Positions 18,829 through 26,516 of a stretch of DNA of 64,000 nucleotides are shown in pieces; the stretch's first letter is position 1; each line of letters begins with the position of its first letter. The translations under genes and the position numbers were made by a program. The stretch covers positions 1,184,001 to 1,248,000 of the forward strand of contig OY970342.1 of NCBI GenBank assembly GCA_963717505.1. The letters run 5' to 3'. The notes under the pieces are model-generated. The model saw nothing but the letters and a program-made list of their open reading frames with translations. It was not told the DNA's origin and ran no database searches. The DNA is from Candidatus Eiseniibacteriota bacterium (GTDB taxonomy: Bacteria; Eisenbacteria; RBG-16-71-46).

Positions 18829-19712
18829 CGTCGGGTCACCTTGCGGCCGCTCCGGCCCCCCGGGTCGCCTTCGGTCGGCGCCACGTCCACGTCGGACAGT
18901 CCCGCGCCCCATTCGCTCGCGCCTTCGCGCAACAATGCCTCCATCTCGCGGACCACCCGGCCCGAGCTCTCCGACTGCAGCACAATGGCATCCAGCTCGC
19001 CCGCGATCGCCTCGGGATCGCGCATCGAGATCGAGTTCTGGTGCAGCACCTCGAGCAGCGAAGCCATCGAGTCGAGCTCGGTGGACAGGGCCTTCATCGT
19101 GCCGAGCGCGTCCGCGTTCGACGCCAGCAACCGTCGCTTGAGCTCGAGGTTTTCGCCGATGGCGGCCCGTGCCCGATCGTTCAGGTTCGTCTGCTCGAGC
19201 TCCTGTTCGAGGCGTGCGATCTCCTTCTGGATCCGCTCGGGCGGACGCGCGGCCAGGGTCTGGTCGTATCGCTGGAGCGCCGTCATGCGCTGCACGCAAC
19301 CGTCGAGGATCTGGTCGAGCTTGTCGCGTTGTTCCGACAGGTAGACCTGGGAGATGCCGTGAAGTCCCTGGTAGTTGGCTTCGATCTGACGGCACTGCGA
19401 CTCCAGGGCGGCGTATCGGCGCCCGAACTCGGGAACGAACGAATCGATGATCCGCTTCCGTCGATCCATCACCCCCCGGAGCGCCCGCTCCCGCCGCCGG
19501 CGCGCGACCCATCGACGGAGCGGACCCGAATCGAGAAGGGGCAGCAGTACCAGCTGCCCGCCGACCCAAAGCAGAAGGGGCAGGGGACTCTGCGCGACGA
19601 GCGACACCAGGACCACGCCGCCCAGGAGGATCGCCTGATACTGGTTGAGGATCAGGTCGCTCAGGATCGACCCGGCCGGACCGCGGTCCTGATCTCGATC
19701 GGGCAGGGCCAT
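18825..19712 (-). CDS. Hypothetical protein with N-terminal TM hairpin and long coiled coil
   Basis: Two hydrophobic segments (ILLGGVVLVSLV; LLLWVGGQLVLLPLL) followed by heptad-rich helices; tightly packed between pspA and the ATPase. Confidence 0.75.
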   Translation of the reverse strand: MALPDRDQDRGPAGSILSDLILNQYQAILLGGVVLVSLVAQSPLPLLLWVGGQLVLLPLLDSGPLRRWVARRRRERALRGVMDRRKRIIDSFVPEFGRRYAALESQCRQIEANYQGLHGISQVYLSEQRDKLDQILDGCVQRMTALQRYDQTLAARPPERIQKEIARLEQELEQTNLNDRARAAIGENLELKRRLLASNADALGTMKALSTELDSMASLLEVLHQNSISMRDPEAIAGELDAIVLQSESSGRVVREMEALLREGASEWGAGLSDVDVAPTEGDPGGRSGRKVTRR

Positions 19713-19720
19713 CGCCCGAA

Positions 19721-20467
19721 TCAAGAGCCCCGGTTCTCGGCGACTCGCGGGCCCACGGTCGGGGTCGCCGGCGTCTCCGTGACCGACGCCGGCTTGGCCA
19801 GGCCCATCTCGGCTTCGAACTGCTGAAGAATGCTGGCCGCTTTCAGTTTGCGGGCGGTGCGCTCCCGCTCGATGGTCTGCATGTCGATCGATCCCGTCGC
19901 GATCTCGACCGCCGCCTTCGATTCGGCGGCCTCTTGCTGGATCCGCTCGAGGAACTTGTCGGCCGTGGCCGCCACGCCGTAGGACTGCAGCTCGACGATG
20001 GCGTCCGCGGCGCTCTTCATCACGACCGACTTCTTGTGTTCCTTGAGCGCCTTCTGGCACATCTCGATCTTGGCCTTGAGCTTGGTCTTGAGCGACTCGA
20101 CCGAGACGCTGGCCGAGTCGTGTGCGTTCTTCGCCGCCGTGAGCTGATCCTCGGTGCTCGCGAGGTCGACCCGCAGCTGCTGGATCTGGATCGCGTCGTG
20201 CTCGGCCACGTCGCGAGCCGCCGCCGACCCGTCTCGCAACGCCGCCTGGATCGAAGCCGTGAGCTGCTTGTCCTGGCGCACGAGCCCGTCCCGTTCCTCC
20301 TCGAGGCGCAGCACCGTCGCCCGCGTCGCGACCAGGACCGAGTTGAGCTTCGGCATCGTCGTCCGCATCTCCTCGATCGCGTCCTCGAGCATGACTTCCG
20401 GATCTTCGGCCTTGGAGATGAAGAAGCCCATCCAGGCGCGGAACAGCCTAGCGATTCTCTCGAACAT
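19721..20467 (-). CDS. pspA: PspA/IM30 (Vipp1/ESCRT-III superfamily) protein
   Basis: Amphipathic N-terminus MFERIARLFRAWMGFFISKAEDPEVMLEDAIEEM (cf. EDPEKML); all-helical coiled coil; GGAGGT RBS. Confidence 0.88.
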   Translation of the reverse strand: MFERIARLFRAWMGFFISKAEDPEVMLEDAIEEMRTTMPKLNSVLVATRATVLRLEEERDGLVRQDKQLTASIQAALRDGSAAARDVAEHDAIQIQQLRVDLASTEDQLTAAKNAHDSASVSVESLKTKLKAKIEMCQKALKEHKKSVVMKSAADAIVELQSYGVAATADKFLERIQQEAAESKAAVEIATGSIDMQTIERERTARKLKAASILQQFEAEMGLAKPASVTETPATPTVGPRVAENRGS

Positions 20468-21128
20468 GACCACCTCCCTGTGTCGTGGGCGGCACGGTGG
20501 CCGAGATGGGGTTCTCGGACACGAAATAGCGGACGGTGTCCGCGATCCGGTTCTCCTCCGCGCGCTTGCGGTCCCGCCATGCGGCGAGACTCGATTCCTC
20601 CTCGCGAACGTGCCGGTTGTTGGCGTCGATCTTCGCCCGGAGCTGGGCCACCTGCTGCTCGATCTCCTTCTCGAGGCTCCGATTTTCCGTCTCGCCGGCC
20701 GCGCGCAGAGCGGCGACCGTTTTCTCCAGCACCTTTTCGTAGGTGTCGAGGGCACGGTCGCGTTGCACCGCGTCTTCCACGATGCTGTCGACCGATACGC
20801 GGGCGGCATCCAGCGCCACCAGGATCGACTTTCGCTTCACGTCCTCGGGCAGGTCTCGCAGGTGCTCGCTGTCGAGCATCTCCGCCACCTTGAGGATGGA
20901 ATAACCGTGGGCGGGTGTGACGATCCGGGCCGCGGAATAGATCTCGTCGAAAACCGTAGGGTCGGCCACCGGCTTGGCGAACGCGGCTTCGGGAACGGTT
21001 TCGGGTGCGAGTTCTCCCGCCCGTCTCGGAGCCGCCGCCTTGCCTGATGGATTTGGTCGCGCCGGTGCGCCTTTGGCGTCGGCCGGACGGTCCGTCACCA
21101 CGAAAAAGTCATACCACTTCTTCGTCAT
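20448..21128 (-). CDS. Hypothetical protein, first gene of the pspA operon (C-terminal coiled coil)
   Basis: GAGG RBS; MTKKWYDFFVV, Pro/Ala linker, FDEIYSAA...YSILKVAEML, coiled-coil tail; overlaps the pspA start. Confidence 0.75.
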   Translation of the reverse strand: MTKKWYDFFVVTDRPADAKGAPARPNPSGKAAAPRRAGELAPETVPEAAFAKPVADPTVFDEIYSAARIVTPAHGYSILKVAEMLDSEHLRDLPEDVKRKSILVALDAARVSVDSIVEDAVQRDRALDTYEKVLEKTVAALRAAGETENRSLEKEIEQQVAQLRAKIDANNRHVREEESSLAAWRDRKRAEENRIADTVRYFVSENPISATVPPTTQGGGHVRENR

Positions 21129-21155
21129 GGTCGAGCCCCCTCGCAATGGGGCGGC

Positions 21156-21164
21156 ATTCTAGCA
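21156..21164 (-). promoter_or_regulatory. Putative extended -10 promoter (TGcTAGAAT) for the pspA operon
   Basis: Minus strand reads GTGCTAGAATG about 28 nt upstream of ATG 21128. Confidence 0.5.
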
Positions 21165-21216
21165 CTTGCCGCCGGCGGAGTCGGATGCCGCAGCAGGGGT
21201 TCGCGCCGGAACGCGA

Positions 21217-22938
21217 CTACCCTTTCGCCGGCTCCTTCAACTCGATCCGCGGGAACAAGATCTTCGATTCGGCCAGCTTGCGGCTCGCCGCCGCCGGGCC
21301 ATAGTTCGGCTGGGCCGCCTCGCCGCGCGTCTCACCAGGTTTCCCCGGCAACGCGAGCAATGCCCACAGCTCTTCGCTCTTTGCCGGGACTACCGGCCAG
21401 GTCCACACCGCCACCAGTCGTAGCGTTTCCAGCAGCGCGTTCAGCGTCGTCGCCAGCTCGGCGTGGCGCGTGGGATCCTTGGCCACCGCCCACGGCTTGA
21501 CCCGTTCGATCAGCTCGTTGGCGCGCACCACCGGCTGGAGTGCCGCGTCGAGCGCCTCGTCGATGCGGATCTCCTGATAGGCCTTGGGTGCCTCGACCGC
21601 GGCGACCTGCGCCGCCGCGATCAAGGCGTCGAGCGCCGAGCGTGCGGTGGGATCGGTGAGCGACGCCGGATCCCACTCGACCGGCGCTTCGCCGCCCAGA
21701 TACTTGTGCACCATGGTCACCGTGCGGCTCGCCAGGTTGCCCAGGTCGTTCGCCAGATGGGTGTTGATATGCTCCACGTACTGCTCGTACGTGAACTCGC
21801 CGTCGCGTCCGGTCGGGATCGCGTGCGCCAGGTAGAAACGGAGCGCATCGGGACCGCCCATTTGGGACAGCGCCACCGGATCCATCTGATTGCCGAGCGA
21901 CTTCGAGAGCTTCTCGCCCTTCATGTAGATGAAGCCGTGGACGTACACCTGTCGCGGGAGTGGCACGCCGGCCGCGAGCAACAAGGCAGGCCATAGCACG
22001 CAGTGGAATCGGCTGATGTCCTTGCCGATCAGGTGCAGCGCGTTGGTGTACTGCGGGTGCGAGGTTCCAGCCCAGGCTGCGCCCGGGCGGCCCTGCCCGT
22101 CGAGATGCTGGAACTCGTCCTGGCGGGTCGCGCCGGGCCCGGCGACGTCACCCTCCTTGGCCAACCACCACAGCGAGTACTTGCGCTCGGGCCAGCCGAT
22201 CGCCGACAGGTAGTTGAGCAACGCGTCGGCCCACACGTACACGGTGTGGCCCTCGCCGCCCGGGATTTCCTCGGGCAGCGACACCCCCCAGGGCACGTTC
22301 GGGCGCGTGACGCTGACGTCCTGGAGTCCATCGCGAATCACGCTCAGCACTTCGTTGCGACGGTAGTCGGGCTGGATGAAGTCGGGATGAGCTTCGAGGT
22401 GCTTGAGCAATGCCTCGTCGTATTCCGAGAGGCGGAAGAAGAAATTCGTCTCCCGGATCTTGCGCGGTTTCACCTTGTGCTCGGGGCAGCGGCCCTTGGC
22501 GTCGAGGTCCTTCTCCTGCTTGAACGCCTCGCAGCCCTCACAGTACAGGCCTTCGTAGTCCGACTCGAACAGCACCGGCTGCCCGGTCTTGGGACTGTGT
22601 GCGTCCCACAGTCGCCGGAACAGCTCCTGGACCGCGAGCGCATGGCGCGGGTCCGAGGTGCGCACGAACTGGTCGTGAGAGATGTCGAGCGCCTTCCAGG
22701 TGTCGACGAACTTCTTGGCGATCTCGTCGACGAAGGCGCGGGGTTCCTTGCCCACCGCGGCCGCCGCATGGGCGATCTTCTGGCCGTGCTCGTCGGTCCC
22801 GGTCAGGAAGAAGGTCTTGTCCCCGCGTTGCCGGTGGAAGCGCGCCAGGCTGTCGGCGAGGACTTTCTCGTAGGCGTGACCGAGATGCGGCGGACCGTTG
22901 ACGTAGTCGATCGCGGTCGTGATGTAAAAGCGGGGCAC
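21217..22938 (-). CDS. metG: Methionine--tRNA ligase (short form, no C-terminal Trbp domain)
   Basis: FYITTAIDYVNGPPHLGH, TGTDEHG, CEGC..CPEH knuckle, YVWADAL, IGKDI, KLSKS. Confidence 0.96.
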   Translation of the reverse strand: MPRFYITTAIDYVNGPPHLGHAYEKVLADSLARFHRQRGDKTFFLTGTDEHGQKIAHAAAAVGKEPRAFVDEIAKKFVDTWKALDISHDQFVRTSDPRHALAVQELFRRLWDAHSPKTGQPVLFESDYEGLYCEGCEAFKQEKDLDAKGRCPEHKVKPRKIRETNFFFRLSEYDEALLKHLEAHPDFIQPDYRRNEVLSVIRDGLQDVSVTRPNVPWGVSLPEEIPGGEGHTVYVWADALLNYLSAIGWPERKYSLWWLAKEGDVAGPGATRQDEFQHLDGQGRPGAAWAGTSHPQYTNALHLIGKDISRFHCVLWPALLLAAGVPLPRQVYVHGFIYMKGEKLSKSLGNQMDPVALSQMGGPDALRFYLAHAIPTGRDGEFTYEQYVEHINTHLANDLGNLASRTVTMVHKYLGGEAPVEWDPASLTDPTARSALDALIAAAQVAAVEAPKAYQEIRIDEALDAALQPVVRANELIERVKPWAVAKDPTRHAELATTLNALLETLRLVAVWTWPVVPAKSEELWALLALPGKPGETRGEAAQPNYGPAAASRKLAESKILFPRIELKEPAKG

Positions 22939-23052
22939 GTGGGCAGATTCCGGTTGGGGACGAGAAAAGTGGTTGAGCGGCCGGCCGAGCGGCGCGACTA
23001 CGGCGGTGTGAGGGGGCGGAGAGGCCGTGCGCCGGTGTCCATAGGGCGCGGC

Positions 23053-23061
23053 AGTATAGCA
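23053..23061 (-). promoter_or_regulatory. Putative extended -10 promoter (TGcTATACT) for metG
   Basis: Minus strand GTGCTATACTG in the metG/ECF divergent intergenic region. Confidence 0.45.
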
Positions 23062-23142
23062 CGCGTGGCCGCGAGCTGCCCGGATGGGCAGCGGCAACAG
23101 AACCGTGATACTCGCGCGCTTGCTTCGTAGAATGCTGGTGAC

Positions 23143-23706
23143 ATGGCCTTCGATGCTGCGCTGACGAGCCGGCTCGCGACCTGGGTGTTCGCCGCCAACG
23201 AAGCGGATTGGGACGCGTTGTACGCGGAGCAGCTGCCGCGCGTCTACAACTTCTTCCGCTACCGCGTCGGCAGCGGTGCGGTCGCCGAAGACCTGACTTC
23301 GGTCACCTTCGAGAAGGCCTGGGTTGCCCGCAATCGGTACCGGCGGGATCTGGGGGCGTTCACGACGTGGCTGCTGACCATCGCCCGCAACGTCGCGACC
23401 GACCACTATCGGCGCCGTCGGGATCACGTTCCGCTCGAGGACGCTCGAGGCGTGGCCGCGGCCGACGATGCATCGGACGAAGCGGAGCGCCGGTCGGATC
23501 GCGTTCGACTCCGCCAGCTGCTGGCCGAGCTGGAGGAGCGGGAGCAAGAGCTGATCGCACTGAAGTATGGAGCCGGACTCACGAACCGGGCGATCGCCCG
23601 GATCACGGGGCTCAGCGAAACCAATGTCGGAACGGTTCTCCACCGGACCGTCCGTTCTCTTAGAGCGGCGTGGGACGAAACCCCGGCCGCGAGCAAAGGA
23701 GCATGA
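23143..23706 (+). CDS. ECF RNA polymerase sigma factor
   Basis: AEDLTSVTFEKAW, FTTWLLTIARN, region 4 IARITGLSETNVGTVLHR. Confidence 0.92.
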   Translation: MAFDAALTSRLATWVFAANEADWDALYAEQLPRVYNFFRYRVGSGAVAEDLTSVTFEKAWVARNRYRRDLGAFTTWLLTIARNVATDHYRRRRDHVPLEDARGVAAADDASDEAERRSDRVRLRQLLAELEEREQELIALKYGAGLTNRAIARITGLSETNVGTVLHRTVRSLRAAWDETPAASKGA

Positions 23707-24684
23707 AGATGGACGATCGTTTTCTCTACGAGGCGCGCCGCGATCCCGAACCGGCGTTCGCGGAGGGCTTGCGAGGCCGGCTGCGTCGCGCGGAATCCAG
23801 CCGCGTGATGGGCCGCGTGCCGTTGCGCCCGACGCTGGCCGCTGCGGTCCTGGTCGGCACGGTCGTGTCGATCTTCGTGTTCCCGTCGGTGCGGGCGTCC
23901 GCGCAGGCCATGCTCGACCTGTTCCGCGTGCGCAACTTCGCGCCGGTGGCGTTCGACCCACAGCGGCTCGAGAAGCTGCGCGACATGGACCACGATCAGC
24001 CGCTGATGATCTTCGACAAGAAGGAAGTGCTCCATGAGCCGGGTGAGCCGGTGACGGTCGCAACCCCCGAGAAGGCGGCGGAAGTGGTCGGCTATCCGGT
24101 GCGAACTCTGCAGTTCCTGCCGCGGGGGCTGGCGCTTCAGAGCGTCAAGGTGGAGGACCGCGGCGCCATGCGGCTGTCCGCCGATGCCGACAAGGTGCAC
24201 ACGCTGCTCGAGACTTTGGACCTGGGCGACCTCCGGTTTCCGCCCGAGCTGGACGGCCAATGGGTCACGGTGCGCAAGCCGCAAGTCGTCTACCAGAACT
24301 ACGGCGTCGGAAAGCTCCAGGCGACGCTGATCCAGGCGCAAAGCCCGGAAGTGGAGCTGCCGCCGGGCGCGGATCTCCCGCGACTGGCCGAGATTGGGCC
24401 TCCGGATCCTGGGCGTCGACAAGACCCAGGCGCGCCGTTTGGCCCAGTCGGTGGATTGGCGCACGACCCTGCTGGTGCCGGTGCCGATGAACGCCGCGTC
24501 GTTCCGCGGCATCGAGGTCCAGGGCAATCCCGGGCTGCTGATCGAGACGGTCAAGCGCACCGAGGACGGTGATTCGCAGCGCGAAGGCACCATGGTGCTC
24601 TGGTCCGACGCCGGCAAGCTCTACGCAGTGGTCAGCAACCTTCACAGCGGGGACACCGTGTTCATGGCGGAGTCGGTGCGGTAG
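23703..24684 (+). CDS. Putative single-pass anti-sigma factor (frameshift near 24397)
   Basis: ATGA overlap with the sigma gene; TM followed by VRASAQAMLDLFRV; continues in frame 24394..24684 (LRILGVD...DWRTTLLVPVP). Confidence 0.7.
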
Positions 24685-24696
24685 CTTCGGCGCCGC

Positions 24697-25632
24697 ATGA
24701 CCGAGCCCGTCATCCAGACTTCCGGACTGCGCAAGCAGTTCGGCAGCAAGGTCGCCGTCGAAGACCTCTCGCTCACCGTGCGCCGCGGGGAGGTCTTCGG
24801 CTTTCTCGGCCCGAACGGCGCCGGCAAGACCACGTCGCTGAAAATGCTGCTGGGCTTGATCGAGCCCAGCGCGGGGTCGGGTCGCATGCTCGGCCGCCCG
24901 ATCGGCGATCGCCAGGCGCGGGCGCGGGTCGGATTCCTGCCCGAGCACTTCCGCTTCCACGACTGGCTCTCCGGCCGCGAGTTCCTGCACTTCCACGGCC
25001 GGCTCTACGGCATGCCGGCAGCGCGAATCGCGGCTCGCGCCGACGAGCTGCTCGCGCGCGTCGACCTGCTGGACGCCGCGCACCGCCGGCTGCGCGAGTA
25101 TTCGAAGGGCATGCTCCAGCGCGTCGGGCTCGCGCAGGCGCTGCTCAACGACCCCGAGGTGGTGTTCCTCGACGAGCCGACCTCGGGGCTCGATCCGCTC
25201 GGGCGACTGCTGGTTCGCGACCTGATCCGCGAGCTGCGCGAGCGCGGAACCGCGGTGTTCCTGAACTCGCACCTGCTGGGCGAGGTCGAGGCGACCTGTG
25301 ACCGCGTGGTGTTCGTGAAGCACGGCCGCACGGTGCACGAGCTGATGCTGGCGGACCGAGACGGCGTCGACGTCGAGCTGCGCGTGGGGCCCTGCGATGC
25401 CGCGGCGCTCGCGGCGCTGGCAAGTCTCGGGCGGGACCTCGACGGTGACCGCCTGGCGCTGGCCGAGGCCGGGGGCGTGGTGCGCCTGCGCGTCGACGAC
25501 GAGTCGCGGCTGCCGGCGATCGCGGCGACGCTGGTCGGCCGGGGTGTCGCCCTCTACCAGCAGCGCGCCGCGCGCAAATCGCTCGAGCAGTGGTTCCTCG
25601 AAGTCATGGGTGGAGACGGGAGGCCCGGATGA
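24697..25632 (+). CDS. ABC transporter ATP-binding protein
   Basis: GPNGAGKT, YSKGMLQR, FLDEP, NSH. Confidence 0.93.
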   Translation: MTEPVIQTSGLRKQFGSKVAVEDLSLTVRRGEVFGFLGPNGAGKTTSLKMLLGLIEPSAGSGRMLGRPIGDRQARARVGFLPEHFRFHDWLSGREFLHFHGRLYGMPAARIAARADELLARVDLLDAAHRRLREYSKGMLQRVGLAQALLNDPEVVFLDEPTSGLDPLGRLLVRDLIRELRERGTAVFLNSHLLGEVEATCDRVVFVKHGRTVHELMLADRDGVDVELRVGPCDAAALAALASLGRDLDGDRLALAEAGGVVRLRVDDESRLPAIAATLVGRGVALYQQRAARKSLEQWFLEVMGGDGRPG

Positions 25633-26464
25633 AGGCGATCTGGACCATCGCGCACCTCACGATCCACGAGGCGGCTCGCCGGCGGATCCTGCTGGCACTC
25701 CTGATCTGCGGTGGGGCGTTCCTGGTGCTGTTCGGCATCGGCCTCCACTTCATCGCGCGCGAGACCGGCAAGGATCTGAGCAGCGTGGTCGAGCGTCGCG
25801 CCGTCCTCACCTTCATCACGCTCGCCGGGCTCTATGCGATCAACTTCCTGATGGTCATGACCGCCGTGCTGCTGCCGGTCGACACGCATCTCGGGCGAGA
25901 TCGCCTCGGGCGTCATGCAGACCGTCGCCTCGAAACCGGTGCGCCGCGTCGACATCGTGCTCGGCAAGTGGCTGGCGTTCGCCGGCCTGACCGCCGGCTA
26001 CCTGGTGCTGATGGCGGGCGGCGTGCTTCTGATCTCGCGAGTGATCGCGCACCTGACCCTGCCCGGCATCCAGCGCGGGCTCCCGCTCATGCTGCTCGAA
26101 TCCTGGGTGCTGGTGTCGCTGACGCTGGCCGGAGGCGCGAGGTTGAGCACGGTGACCACCGGCGTGGTGGCGTTCGGCTTCTACGGCGTGGCGTTCATCG
26201 GCAGCTGGGTCGAGCAGATCGGCGCCCACGCCAACAACCTCGCCGCGCGCAACGTCGGCACCATCGCCAGCCTGATCATGCCGACCGAGGCCATGTGGCA
26301 GCTGGCCGCGCACCACATGCAGCCGCGCGATCATGCGCGACCTGGCGATGACGCCGTTTTCGCCGGTATCGGTTCCGAGCGCGGCGATGGTCGCCTGGGC
26401 CGCTGCCCACGGGCTGCTGACGCTGATGCTGGCCGTGCGCTGGTTCGGCAGGCGGCCGCTCTAG
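25629..26464 (+). CDS. ABC-2 type permease (frameshifts near 25887 and 26326)
   Basis: TM segments spread over three frames; SGEIASGVMQTVASKPVRR..IVLGKW motif; ends RWFGRRPL*. Confidence 0.8.
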
Positions 26465-26516
26465 GCGCGGCGCGCCGTGCAGCCGGGGACCAGAGATCGG
26501 GCCCCCGGCCGAGGTC

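Noticed and set aside
18829-19569. Long N-terminal extension of the AAA ATPase ORF
   Set aside because: Arg/Gly-rich off-frame read of the 18825..19712 gene; the TTG at 18828 overlapping the upstream stop is the better start.
23106-23129. TGATAC...CGTA as an autoregulatory ECF promoter
   Set aside because: The 14-nt spacer is shorter than the usual ~16, and an overlapping TAGAAT explains the site equally well.
22939-24063. N-terminal extension of the 948-aa metG ORF
   Set aside because: Antisense to the ECF sigma and anti-sigma genes; MetRS homology starts at PRFYITT.
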